Assembly: GCA_963769425.1 (NCBI GenBank)
Contig: CAVYLP010000003.1
Location: forward strand, 319,911-383,910
Direction of reading: 5' to 3'
Length of the DNA stretch: 64,000 nucleotides
From: Candidatus Bathyarchaeota archaeon
GTDB taxonomy: Archaea > Thermoproteota > Bathyarchaeia > TCS64
Positions 29,408-39,346 of the stretch are shown here, piece by piece (the stretch's first letter is position 1; every line of letters begins with the position of its first letter). The translations under genes and the position numbers were made by a program. The notes under the pieces are model-generated. The model had not been told where the DNA came from. It did no database searches and was given only the letters and a program-made list of their open reading frames with translations.

Positions 29408-29910
29408 CGCCTCGTCTCTTTATTGATTAATACCGGTTCTAAACGGTCATAACCCTCATCTTCATGGCTGAGAGGACTCCCTGAACGTCCTCCCTGAGGC
29501 TCACTTCCCCCCGCTTGCCACGATGTTTCCCCATAAGTGGTAACCACTAATAAGGTGTTTCCACGTGGACACCCTTCACACCGATGAATGAACACATCCA
29601 AACCGGGTTACGCCTCCGATTGAACGGCGTCCACTCAACCCGCCTCTATTCACATCGTTCAATGAACCGCGATCCACGCCCTTCAATGGGTGTTGAAGGC
29701 ACACGGAATGCAACGGTTTTCAATAGATATTCAACGGTTTTCAACGCGTTTCAGATGGTTCCGGCGACGCGTCCCCGACGACTCCGCTATATATAGCTGA
29801 ATATATGGAACAGGATCTCGATGAAAGAAGGGTCCATTTTAGTGTCTTATTTAGCGTAATTGTGTTTAGGATAATTTTAGACCGTCTATTATCAATCTAG
29901 GGACAAGGCA
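29408..29910. mobile_element. MITE-like non-autonomous relative of the 7579-8840 IS
   Basis: 29891-29916 matches the reverse complement of the IS left end plus flank at 25/26; degenerate left TIR 29408-29427; GCGCGC on both sides; no transposase. Confidence 0.65.
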
Positions 29911-29971
29911 GCGCGCACTCGAAGGACTCTATTTATTTGCACGGGTTTCACCATGTTACCTCATAGCATCC

Positions 29972-30574
29972 ATGTTGGGTCTCTCAAGCATCTGGCGTGC
30001 TCTCAAACGGGCGAGACCGGCGATCCTCTCGATCGCCGTTTTATACGTTCTGTCTCTCCTCGTCGGCGCCGTCATGGTGCAGACCGGGTACCAGCCGTCG
30101 CTGGCATACAGGGATTACATCGTCTCTAGAGCCCAGAGCGACCCGACGCTGATAGCGTTGAACAGCGGCGACAGGCTCGGCGCGGCGTTGAGGGACTTTT
30201 ACGGGAACCTTGTCCTCGGGGCTGTGCCGAATACCCTCGGCGGACTCGGCGTCGTCTTCCCTTACCCCCTCGTTGCGTATCAGGGTTGGATCGGTGGCAT
30301 AGTCTCGGTGAACAGCGCCCACGTCAGCAGGCTGGCCACTTTCTCTGGAGGCTTTTACTACCTCGCGACCCTCGTGCTCCAACTCGTGCCCTACTCCCTG
30401 GCTGCGGGCGCCGGGGTCAATCTCGGGTTATCTCTTTGGCGTAAACAAACGTATTACGAGGGGGAGCGCTGGCTTGGTTTCCCGAGGGAGGCCGTGCTAG
30501 ATGTTCTTAGGATATACGCGCTAGTCGTCCCCCTGTTCCTGGTCGCCTCCCTCTGGGAGTTCCTAGCAGTGTAA
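29972..30574 (+). CDS. SpoIIM-like membrane protein
   Basis: hydrophobic; QLVPYSLAAGAG, VPLFLVASLWEF. Confidence 0.65.
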   Translation: MLGLSSIWRALKRARPAILSIAVLYVLSLLVGAVMVQTGYQPSLAYRDYIVSRAQSDPTLIALNSGDRLGAALRDFYGNLVLGAVPNTLGGLGVVFPYPLVAYQGWIGGIVSVNSAHVSRLATFSGGFYYLATLVLQLVPYSLAAGAGVNLGLSLWRKQTYYEGERWLGFPREAVLDVLRIYALVVPLFLVASLWEFLAV

Positions 30575-30606
30575 AAATAAGGCACGAAAAAGGGGTTAGT
30601 TGCGCA

Positions 30607-30972
30607 TCAGGGAGCAGGGAGAGTTCGTCGTCAATTCTCCCGGCATTGGGATTTGCGGATAAGATGCACGTCTGCGGGGTGAAGTCGGGGAAGGACGTCG
30701 ATAAGTGGAGGGAAGCAGGGCCGACGCCATTCCCGCGCAAGAAGGTGAGGCCGCTACTCATCGAAGAGTGCTAAGGGCACATCGAGTGTGAGGTCGTGAA
30801 CATGGTTACCTGCGGAGACCACACACTTTTTGTTGGGGAAGTTGTGGCCGCTAGAATAGACGAAGACTGTCTAAAGGCTGGTAAGCAAGACCTCGAGAAG
30901 GCTAAGCCTATGGCCAAGAAGAACTGGGATTACCACACTCTGAGAAAACAGCCTCTCACCAACCTCAAATAA
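30607..30972 (+). pseudogene. C-terminal remnant of a flavin reductase with an internal stop
   Basis: IREQGEFVVNSPG..KMHVCGVKSGKDVDK..EC*GHIECEV..GDHTLFVGE matches the intact paralog. Confidence 0.75.
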
Positions 30973-30991
30973 GCAGAAACCCCGTCTAACC

Positions 30992-31876
30992 TTGATCGAA
31001 TTGGGTAACCCATTCTTTATCGTAGACGTCTTCGCGGAAGCGAAGCTGGAGGGCAACCAGCTGGCTGTGGTCGTCGAGGGGGAGGGTTGGTCGACGGAGA
31101 AGATGCAGAGGTTCGCTAAGGAGATGAACTTCAGCGAGTCGACCTTCATCACCGGGTCGGATCTAGTTAAGAGGGTCTTCAAGGTCCGAATCTTTACACC
31201 CGTTGGGGAGCTCCCGTTCGCGGGTCACCCGACACTAGGCACAGCCTACGTGGCGGCTAAGGAGTTATTGAAGAGAGACGTATCCGACCTCACCCTGGAC
31301 ATGAAGGCGGGGATGATACCTGTAACGTTCCAGATGGCTTCAGACGGGCAGCCGCTTCTGTGGATGAAGCAGCTCAACCCTGAGTTCGGGGCTACCCATA
31401 AAGCGGAGGACATCGCCCCCCTGTTCCACCTAAACACCAATGACATTGATACTCGATTCCCCATCCAAGAGGTCTCCACGGGGGTCTGGTTCTACATGGT
31501 CCCGCTCAAGACCCGGGAGGCGCTGAAGAGGATCAAGCTCGAGGCCGAGAAGTTCAAGGCGTACTCGTCAGACAAGAAAGCGAAGTGGCCTCTCCTATTC
31601 TGCGCCGAACCCGAGGCGAAGGGCAATCACCTGAAGGCGCGGATGGTCACCGACTGGACGGAGGACCCGGCGACGGGAAGCGCCAACGGGTGTCTCGCCG
31701 GGTACCTCGTGAAGCATAGGTACTTCGGCACATCGAAGATCGATATCCGCGTCGAGCAAGGCGCCGAGATAGGCCGCCCAAGCTTGCTCTACCTCAGGGC
31801 TGAGGAGGTGAAGGGGGGCGTAGACGTCAGGGTCGGGGGTAAAGTTGCGATGGTCACCCGGGGAGAATTAGTTTAA
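30992..31876 (+). CDS. PhzF family epimerase-like protein
   Basis: VDVF..GNQLAV, NFSESTF, RIFTP..ELPFAGHPTLG, EDPATGSA, EQG..GRPS. Confidence 0.92.
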   Translation: MIELGNPFFIVDVFAEAKLEGNQLAVVVEGEGWSTEKMQRFAKEMNFSESTFITGSDLVKRVFKVRIFTPVGELPFAGHPTLGTAYVAAKELLKRDVSDLTLDMKAGMIPVTFQMASDGQPLLWMKQLNPEFGATHKAEDIAPLFHLNTNDIDTRFPIQEVSTGVWFYMVPLKTREALKRIKLEAEKFKAYSSDKKAKWPLLFCAEPEAKGNHLKARMVTDWTEDPATGSANGCLAGYLVKHRYFGTSKIDIRVEQGAEIGRPSLLYLRAEEVKGGVDVRVGGKVAMVTRGELV

Positions 31877-31900
31877 CAGCTGACTATCTCATAATTCTGA

Positions 31901-32716
31901 TTAATACCAGCCGAGTGTTCCTTCACGCTTTGAGCGGTTGACTCCCCACCAGAAGACTTTGTACCCTAGGGGGAGGATGACGATGGCGAAGACCGTTCCT
32001 TTTAGGAATTCTATTATGATCGTTGGATCAGTCATCGAGGGGTTGGTTAGCATCGCGACCCTCCAGAGGTGGTAGACCCAAGTCTGGGGTAGGAACCATG
32101 AGATAGTCGAGGCCCCGGGGAAGAGGATGCTGTCTAGGTAGATGACTGGGAAGGCTACTCCAGCGAATAGGCTCTGCATGACGTTCAGGGCCCATGTGAC
32201 TGGGTCCATCGACTTTGTCAGTATTCTGAGCCCCGTGGAGATCATGGCGAGCCCCATCATTATCGCCGCGGAGATGATGAAGGCGAGGACGACGGCGATC
32301 ATGTTCGCGTTTATGGAAGCGTGGAAGAAGGAAGTGCCGATTATAAGGTATGGGATGAAGCTGATTATTGAGAATATGTAGGTCCACATTATGTTGCCGA
32401 GGACGAAGATCGGTGTGCTGACTCCGGTCATCAGGATCGTCTCCAGAGTCCAGGGGTTGAGCTGGTTCTGTATCCCCTGCATGAGGGGGAGGATGAGGTT
32501 GCTCACGGCGACGCCGACGAGGAGAAAGCTGATGTAGTCGCTCCCGTACATCTCCTGGACGGGTCTCTGGACGTAGGCGGCGCCTACTCCCCAGGCGAAG
32601 ACGGCGATGAAAATACCAACTAGCTGGGTAGCCGCGGCGGTACGGTATGTGGCCCAGCTGAAGAAGTCCCTTTTCGTAAAGGCGATGATTTGCTTTAGGG
32701 CGATTGGTATCTCCAT
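31901..32716 (-). CDS. ABC-2 type exporter permease
   Basis: TLETILMT, AGVAFP, C-terminal REGTLGWY. Confidence 0.85.
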   Translation of the reverse strand: MEIPIALKQIIAFTKRDFFSWATYRTAAATQLVGIFIAVFAWGVGAAYVQRPVQEMYGSDYISFLLVGVAVSNLILPLMQGIQNQLNPWTLETILMTGVSTPIFVLGNIMWTYIFSIISFIPYLIIGTSFFHASINANMIAVVLAFIISAAIMMGLAMISTGLRILTKSMDPVTWALNVMQSLFAGVAFPVIYLDSILFPGASTISWFLPQTWVYHLWRVAMLTNPSMTDPTIIIEFLKGTVFAIVILPLGYKVFWWGVNRSKREGTLGWY

Positions 32717-33825
32717 TAGAAGCCTCCAGCCATCCGCCTCTGTCCCCGCCGCTCGTCTCGTCCCGTGATCAGGTTGAAGGCTTCCTCGAGGGTCGGCTCC
32801 TCGGTGTTCACCGACCTGATAACGAGGCCGCTACCGCTTAGAAGCCTGAGGACATCGGTTAGATCAAGTTCCTTATCGACCCTCATCGAGAGTGACTGAA
32901 GGTCCCCGGTGGTTCCAAGCTCGGATGAGACATTGTGCACCCCCTTATTCGCCTCAAGGTCCCTGATCAGGCTCTCCTGAGAGTCCGATGTAGCTCCAGA
33001 GACCGCAACCTTGAGCATCCGGTCCTCGATAACTAAGTGTCTGACGTTGTCGGGTGTGTCTGAGGCTATTATCTTCCCTCGCTCCATGATGGCTATCCGG
33101 TCACATAGCTCCTGGGCTTCCTGGAGGTTGTGGGTGCTGAGTAGGACCGTCTTCCCCTCTTCCTTGGCGAGTCTATCGATAATCATTCTCCGGAATTCCA
33201 AGGCGGATGCAGGGTCGAGGCCCGATGTGGGCTCGTCGAATACTATTATCGGAGTATCCCGTAGCAGAGCCCTGCAGAGGAGTAGCCTACGTTGCATACC
33301 AGTGGAGTAGCGCTGTATTCCATCGTCGGCCCTCGCCGTGAGGCCCGTGAAGTCTAGGAGATAGTTGACTCTCTCCCTCGCCTCTGAGTCGCTGAGGCCG
33401 TAGAGGAGGGCGTAGAACTCGAGGTTCTGCTTCCCTGTGAGACGCCAGTTGAATCCCCTGCTCTCGGGGAGCACGGCTTGCAGGTTCTTCAGGACCTCTC
33501 CGACCTCTTTCCGAGGGTCGTGGCCGTTGACGTAGACCTCGCCTTCGTCGTAGAGGACTAGGGTGCAGAGTATCTTGATGAGTGTCGTTTTTCCGGCGCC
33601 GTTTGGACCGAGGATTCCAAATATCTCACCCGTCTTGATCCTGAGTGTTATTCCCTTCAAAGCCTCGATGAATGGGCCTCTCGAGCCTTTGACGGCGTCG
33701 ATTATGGCTCCGATTCCCCCAACGTTACCGCGGGCCGCTGGTCCACGCGGCATCCCAGCTGTCGCTAGTCTCGAACTTGTAGGGTATCTCTTCACGAGGT
33801 TAATGGTCTCTATGGCGTACTCCAC
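32716..33825 (-). CDS. ABC transporter ATP-binding protein
   Basis: GPNGAGKTT, YSTGMQ, FDEPTSGLD. Confidence 0.92.
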   Translation of the reverse strand: MEYAIETINLVKRYPTSSRLATAGMPRGPAARGNVGGIGAIIDAVKGSRGPFIEALKGITLRIKTGEIFGILGPNGAGKTTLIKILCTLVLYDEGEVYVNGHDPRKEVGEVLKNLQAVLPESRGFNWRLTGKQNLEFYALLYGLSDSEARERVNYLLDFTGLTARADDGIQRYSTGMQRRLLLCRALLRDTPIIVFDEPTSGLDPASALEFRRMIIDRLAKEEGKTVLLSTHNLQEAQELCDRIAIMERGKIIASDTPDNVRHLVIEDRMLKVAVSGATSDSQESLIRDLEANKGVHNVSSELGTTGDLQSLSMRVDKELDLTDVLRLLSGSGLVIRSVNTEEPTLEEAFNLITGRDERRGQRRMAGGF

Positions 33826-33942
33826 ATCGATCAGGCTTCTAGGGTGACTATAGTGAGGTAGAAACGCATCTGCTGAGGTTAAACATTACCGGCTAGATGC
33901 TGCGACTGGTAGCCGATAAATACACCACGCGTTGATAATCGA

Positions 33943-35388
33943 TTGTTTGACCTAAGGGTGAATGAATTGAAGATCCTCTTCATCGAACCTCCGAAGGATT
34001 ACTGGTTCGTCATGGGCGAGTACCTACCGCCGCCCACAGCATGCATACAGCTTGCCGCTTACCTCGAGTCGAAGCATCCGGAGTACGAGATAGACGTCAT
34101 CGATTGCCAGGCTGAGAGACTGGATTGGGATGGGCTTGAGAAGAGGATCACCAACTTGAAACCCGACGTTGTGGCAGTTAGTAGCCTTGCCACGTGCAAT
34201 ACTTACACAGTTGTGAGGGCCCTAGAGGTAGCGAAAAAGGCGATATCAGGGGTCGTTACGATCACCGGCGGGCAGCACTTCACGGCCCTCGCGGAGCCCA
34301 GCTTGAGAGAGTACCCTGTAATCGACGCCATCGCCAGGGGAGAGGGCGAGGATACACTCCTAGAGTTCGTGGAGACTGTGGAAGCCCATGGGAGCTTCGC
34401 CAAGATCAAGGGGCTCACCTTCCGCCACGGTGAGAATATTGTGTCTAATCCACCGAGGCCTTTGATCGAGAACCTCGACGATCTTCCGTTGCCCGGTTAC
34501 CACTTCGTTGAGAAGAATCTTGATGCTTACCACTTCAAGATGATGGCGGAGGGGAAGCGCTACATGATAATAGAGGGGAGTAGGGGTTGTGACCACAACT
34601 GCACATTCTGTAGCCAGTGCGCCTTCTGGGGGAACAAGTGGCGCACTAAGTCTGGGAAGCGGATAGCCGACGAGATGGAACTCTGTAGGGATAAGTTCGG
34701 AGGTGAATTTATCTGGCTCACTGACGACAATTTCACCTTCAACACCCGGTCTAGGGATTTCATCGAGGAGATGAACAGGAGGAGGCTTGGCGACTCGATC
34801 CTTTGGTTCGTTCAGGCGAGGGTTGACGATGTTGTTAAGAACATAGAGTCTATCCCATCGCTTAGGAAGTCAGGTAATCAGTGGGTCCTCCTAGGAGTTG
34901 AGAGCGGTGACCCGGAGACACTCGCCTCATACAGAAAGGGGATCGAGCCCGGCCAGGCAGGGAACGCGATACGAGCGCTGGAAGCAAACGACATCTTTGC
35001 ACAGGCTACCATGATTATTGGTAGTAGAAAGGATACTCATGCCTCGATTGAGGGGTTGCGCGGGTATATTGACGCCCTCAACCCCGGGATCGCCATCTTT
35101 ATGATACTCACTCCGTTTCCCGGCACCGGCTTCTACGCTGAGGCTGAGGCAAACGGCTGGATAATGGATAGGAACTGGTCTCACTACGACATGATCCACG
35201 CAGTAATGCCCACTGAGACCCTGAGCACTAAGGAGGTTCAGGAGGAGCTCTTCATGTGCTACAGGAGCTTCTTCGGTAAGTGGGGGCGGAGGATCGAGGG
35301 CATACTATCCAGCAATAAGTTCAAGAGGGGTACCTATAGATACATGGCCAGTCAAGGCCTCGTGAGGCAACTTCAGAGCCTCATCTAG
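33943..35388 (+). CDS. B12-binding radical SAM protein
   Basis: GGQHFT, RGEGE, SRGCDHNCTFC, DDNF, GVESG, TPFPGT. Confidence 0.92.
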   Translation: MFDLRVNELKILFIEPPKDYWFVMGEYLPPPTACIQLAAYLESKHPEYEIDVIDCQAERLDWDGLEKRITNLKPDVVAVSSLATCNTYTVVRALEVAKKAISGVVTITGGQHFTALAEPSLREYPVIDAIARGEGEDTLLEFVETVEAHGSFAKIKGLTFRHGENIVSNPPRPLIENLDDLPLPGYHFVEKNLDAYHFKMMAEGKRYMIIEGSRGCDHNCTFCSQCAFWGNKWRTKSGKRIADEMELCRDKFGGEFIWLTDDNFTFNTRSRDFIEEMNRRRLGDSILWFVQARVDDVVKNIESIPSLRKSGNQWVLLGVESGDPETLASYRKGIEPGQAGNAIRALEANDIFAQATMIIGSRKDTHASIEGLRGYIDALNPGIAIFMILTPFPGTGFYAEAEANGWIMDRNWSHYDMIHAVMPTETLSTKEVQEELFMCYRSFFGKWGRRIEGILSSNKFKRGTYRYMASQGLVRQLQSLI

Positions 35389-35424
35389 AAACACTCTTAT
35401 CATCTGTCTCCTCCGATTCTCCTC

Positions 35425-35928
35425 ATGAAGCAGAAGATCGACTTCGAGATACGGGAAGCCGTCGAGGCAGACATCCCTGTCGTCATGGACCTCGCCCAGC
35501 AGCTCGCCGTCTACGAGAGGTCCCCAGACAGCTTCGTAGCCACCCCCGAGAATTATCGCAGGTGGGGCTGGGGGAAGGACGCCATATTCAGTGTGCTTCT
35601 AGCCGAGAACAAGGGGAGAGAGGGGCCGAGACAGTTGGGTTTAGCCCTTTATTATTTCACCTTCAGCACCTGGACTGGAAGTCCGACCCTCTGGCTTGAG
35701 GATCTCTTCGTCCCGGAGGAGCTTCGGGGCAACGGAATAGGCTCCGCGCTACTCAGGAGGCTCGCGAAGATCGCTCTCGACAAGGGGTGTGGGCGGATGG
35801 AGTGGACAGTGCTAGACTGGAATGAGCCGTCCCGCAAGTTCTACTACTCCCTCGGGGCCAAGTCGATGGATGAGTGGACGACCTTCAGGCTCACACCGAA
35901 GGAGCTCCTAGAATTAGTGGGAAATTAG
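35425..35928 (+). CDS. GNAT acetyltransferase (SSAT-like)
   Basis: FSTWTG, LWLEDLFV..RGNGIG, WTVLDWN. Confidence 0.9.
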   Translation: MKQKIDFEIREAVEADIPVVMDLAQQLAVYERSPDSFVATPENYRRWGWGKDAIFSVLLAENKGREGPRQLGLALYYFTFSTWTGSPTLWLEDLFVPEELRGNGIGSALLRRLAKIALDKGCGRMEWTVLDWNEPSRKFYYSLGAKSMDEWTTFRLTPKELLELVGN

Positions 35929-36016
35929 TTCCTTTTTCCAAGCTTTTTTCAATTGGAGCAGCGTGAGAAGTTTAAATACCCCCCACTCAAACGATTAGCA
36001 GACAAGGGACTGCAAG

Positions 36017-36718
36017 ATGTCACGTGGAAGGGAGTACGACGAGGCAATCACAATATTCTCCCCCGAGGGACGCATCTACCAGGTAGAGTACGCCCTCGAG
36101 TTAGTCAAACGCGGTGCACCAGTCTCAGGCGTCCTCACAAAGGAGGGCGTCGTACTCGCAGCCGTCGAGACGCTCCAGAGCAGCCTAGAGGATAGACGAT
36201 TCAGCAAGAAACTCTTCGAGTTCGACACACACGTCGCAGCTGTTATCGCTGGTAACAGCCCAGATGCTAGGGTCCTAGTACGCGAGGCACGCTACGCTTG
36301 CCAAGGCAACAGGATGACCTACGATGAACCCATCGGAATCGAGAGCCTCGTCGCCAGCATAGGCGAGATCCTCCAGCAGTACACCCAGAACGCGGGAGTA
36401 CGCCCCTTCGGCGTCAGCATGATAATCGCCGGTGTCGATGCAGGTGGGCCACGCCTCCTCACTACCGACCCGAGCGGTAGCTATAGAGGCTACAAAGCAG
36501 CGGCCCTCGGTATGAACAGCGAAAAGGCACGCGAACTACTCGAGAAGAAGTACAAAGATGACATCTCCCTCGAAGACTCCATCACAATTGCCATAGACGC
36601 CCTCAAAGCTGCGTACTCCAACGGCCTCAAGCCCGAGAACGTCAACGCTGCTGTCATCACTGTAGAGTCGAAGAGCTTCAGAAGGCTCACAGAGGAAGAG
36701 GTCAAGAAGCACTTCTAA
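36017..36718 (+). CDS. psmA: proteasome alpha subunit
   Basis: YDEAITIFSPEGRIYQVEYA, YTQNAGVRPFGVS, TDPSG. Confidence 0.92.
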   Translation: MSRGREYDEAITIFSPEGRIYQVEYALELVKRGAPVSGVLTKEGVVLAAVETLQSSLEDRRFSKKLFEFDTHVAAVIAGNSPDARVLVREARYACQGNRMTYDEPIGIESLVASIGEILQQYTQNAGVRPFGVSMIIAGVDAGGPRLLTTDPSGSYRGYKAAALGMNSEKARELLEKKYKDDISLEDSITIAIDALKAAYSNGLKPENVNAAVITVESKSFRRLTEEEVKKHF

Positions 36719-36784
36719 TCTCCGTCCCACTTTTCGCAACATACAATTTTCATTGGGATAAGCGTTAAACCGGCCCCTTCCCGT

Positions 36785-37813
36785 TTGGTTACTATGGAAA
36801 CCCGATACCAGGTTAAGATTGACGAGGAGACTGCTCGCTGTATAATTTGCCCGAGGATGTGCACATTAAAGCCTGGCCAGCGGGGTTTCTGCAGTACGAA
36901 GGAGAACCAGGGCGGGAAGATAATCAATCTCACATACGGGCTCCTCAGCGCCATAGCAGTAGACCCCATCGAGAAGAAGCCCCTCGCGCACTTCTACCCA
37001 GGCAGCCTAAGTCTCAGCATAAGTAGCGTCGGATGCAGCTTTACGTGTCCCTGGTGTCAGAACTGGCACCTCTCCACCGCCAAGCCTGGAGGCGGTCTGA
37101 AAAAGGTTCCCCCTGACTACGTCGTCGACATGGCTCACCGTCAGAACTGCACTAGCATCAGCTACACGTACAATGAACCGCTGATTAATCTTGACTATGT
37201 GGAGGACGTGGCAAGGATAGCGAATAAGGAGGGGGTGAAGAACGTCCTCGTTACGAACGGCTACGTGAGTTTGGAGGCATTGAGTAGGGTCGTGGACGTG
37301 ATAGACGCTGCGAACGTTGATTGGAAGGGGTTTACTGAGGAGTTCTACCAGAAGCAATGCTCAGCTGACCTTCAGAGCGTACTCGACGCTACTGTGGAGA
37401 TGCATAAAAAGGGGGTCCACGTGGAGATAACATTCCTCATAATCCCAGAGACGAATGACAGCGTAGACGAGGCTAGGAGGCTGTCGAGGTACCTTGTCGA
37501 TAAGATGGGGCCAGATGTTCCACTCCACCTGAGCAGGTTCTACCCCCAGTACAAGTTCAGCCACCTACCACCGACGCCCGTCGAGACACTCCTGCGGGCT
37601 AGGGACGTCGCCAAGGAGGAGGGGGTCCACTACGTTTACGTCGGGAACGTCCCCGGTAAGGGGTACGAGGACACGGTCTGCCCGAAGTGTGGGGAGACCG
37701 TCATCGCCCGCGTAGGTTACGAGATAACCGACTGGCGCCTCGATGACTCCAACCACTGCAGGCACTGCGGGGAACCCATCCCCGTTATCGGACACCGCGA
37801 GGACCACCTCTAA
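36785..37813 (+). CDS. amrS: AmmeMemoRadiSam system radical SAM enzyme
   Basis: DPIEKKPL, GCSFTCPWCQNW, YTYNEP, PLHLSRFYP, YVYVGNV. Confidence 0.9.
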   Translation: MVTMETRYQVKIDEETARCIICPRMCTLKPGQRGFCSTKENQGGKIINLTYGLLSAIAVDPIEKKPLAHFYPGSLSLSISSVGCSFTCPWCQNWHLSTAKPGGGLKKVPPDYVVDMAHRQNCTSISYTYNEPLINLDYVEDVARIANKEGVKNVLVTNGYVSLEALSRVVDVIDAANVDWKGFTEEFYQKQCSADLQSVLDATVEMHKKGVHVEITFLIIPETNDSVDEARRLSRYLVDKMGPDVPLHLSRFYPQYKFSHLPPTPVETLLRARDVAKEEGVHYVYVGNVPGKGYEDTVCPKCGETVIARVGYEITDWRLDDSNHCRHCGEPIPVIGHREDHL

Positions 37814-37864
37814 CCATTTATAATACCTGTCGCCGATCCTTCAACCAAGATTCTGTGATCCAAA

Positions 37865-38476
37865 ATGAGCACCAGAAGAACTACAATCATATTCGAGAAG
37901 GGCGGCGAGGAGCACACCGCCGATACCTTGAGGATCGCTATGGAGGGGGCGAAGGAGAGGAAGATAGACACCGTCCTCATCTCCACCTCAACCGGCGAGA
38001 CCGGGCTCAAGGCCGTCGAGGTCTTCAAGGGGAGCGGTATCAAGCTGATCTTCGTCAGGCACCAGACTGGTTACCCGTCGAAGGGGAAGCAGATGATGCC
38101 CCCTGAGGTCAAGGAGAGGCTGGAGAAGGCGGGTAAGATAGTCACGTGCACGGATGTGCTAACGGGGGGAGTCGAGGTCGGCGTTGGTCGACAGAGGCCC
38201 GAGAAGGAGCAGCCTCTTGAGGCGGGCCTCCCCTTCATAGTACCGCCGGTCAACGTCGTCGTCGCCAACACTCTCCGACTTTTCAGTCAGGGGACGAAGG
38301 TCTGCGCGGAGATCGCAATGATGGCCGCGGACTGCGACGCGGTGGGCATAGACAAGTCCGTCGTCGCCGTCGCGGGGAGCCACGCGGGCGCGGATACTGC
38401 CATCGTCGTCACCCCTGCAGCATCAAACCGGATCAGGGACTTGAAGCTGCACGAGTTCCTGGCCAAGCCGCTGTAG
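37865..38476 (+). CDS. pyruvate kinase alpha/beta domain protein (MTH1675-like)
   Basis: STSTGETG, LRLFSQGTKVCAEIAMMAAD, GADTA. Confidence 0.8.
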   Translation: MSTRRTTIIFEKGGEEHTADTLRIAMEGAKERKIDTVLISTSTGETGLKAVEVFKGSGIKLIFVRHQTGYPSKGKQMMPPEVKERLEKAGKIVTCTDVLTGGVEVGVGRQRPEKEQPLEAGLPFIVPPVNVVVANTLRLFSQGTKVCAEIAMMAADCDAVGIDKSVVAVAGSHAGADTAIVVTPAASNRIRDLKLHEFLAKPL

Positions 38477-38513
38477 CCAAACCCTTTTCCCCTCGCCTCG
38501 CAGGAGTTCCTTG

Positions 38514-38681
38514 ATGGCCGACGTTACTCCCTTCATCATCGCCTTCATTCTGACGGCCGTGGTCGTGGTTGTTGACCGAAACAGGCTCCCGAGATGGACC
38601 AGATTCACACTCATAGCTTTCTTGGAGATCATAGTCTTCTTCGCGACAGCTACAGCCATACTCAGGCGGGTTGGTAACTGA
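38514..38681 (+). CDS. small two-TM membrane protein (55 aa, not in the ORF track)
   Basis: AGGAG RBS; MADVTPFIIAFILTAVVVVV..; TGATG overlap with the next gene. Confidence 0.6.
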   Translation: MADVTPFIIAFILTAVVVVVDRNRLPRWTRFTLIAFLEIIVFFATATAILRRVGN

Positions 38682-39346
38682 TGGAGCGTAGGGCAATTCT
38701 CACTATCGCGGGCGTCTCGGCAACCGCCCTCGTTTCCGGTTACCTCCTTCTGCTTCTTTTCACCGACACGTCGCGGGTCGAGGCGATGGGGCTCGGGGGA
38801 ATCTTCATCGTCACCCTTCTCAGCCACTCGACCATGGTCGCGAGGGACATATTCATCCCCCTCTTCCTCGCACTGACCCCGTTCTATAACCCGGTCCTAC
38901 TAGGTGTGGCCGCTGGCGTCGGTGGAGCGATCGGGGACATCGTGCCGTATCTCCTCGGTCTGGGTGTAGCTGAGTCGGTCGAGCGTGGGGGAGGTAAGGC
39001 TGAGGACCTCGTTGGAAGGTGGCTGAAGAAGTATGGTCTCTGGGCCGTCCTTGTAGTGGCGATGACTCCGCTGCCCGATCTCCCCGTCGTGATGCTCGCC
39101 GGGACGAGGAGACTACCTCTCCAAAAGCTGCTCATCGTCGAGGTCTTTGGCAAGTCAGCGCTCTACGTATTGGGTGCGTGGGTGGGAGGGGGGATATTCA
39201 GCCTACTGATCGGCGCCGTCGGCAGCACGATCGCGAGCGTCGGCATGGTCGTGGTCAGCATAGTATTCTCTATAGCCCTGACGTGGCCGCCGAGCAGGGA
39301 CTGGCTCTTCAGGTTGCTTGATCGCTTCATCCCCGGCGGAGCCTGA
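38681..39346 (+). CDS. DedA/VTT family membrane protein
   Basis: GGAIGDIVPYLLG, MTPLPD, GK motif. Confidence 0.8.
   Translation: MERRAILTIAGVSATALVSGYLLLLLFTDTSRVEAMGLGGIFIVTLLSHSTMVARDIFIPLFLALTPFYNPVLLGVAAGVGGAIGDIVPYLLGLGVAESVERGGGKAEDLVGRWLKKYGLWAVLVVAMTPLPDLPVVMLAGTRRLPLQKLLIVEVFGKSALYVLGAWVGGGIFSLLIGAVGSTIASVGMVVVSIVFSIALTWPPSRDWLFRLLDRFIPGGA

Noticed and set aside
30772-30774. recoded stop (Sec/Pyl) in the flavin reductase remnant
   Set aside because: The stop is TAA, aligns with Phe, and the gene is already truncated.
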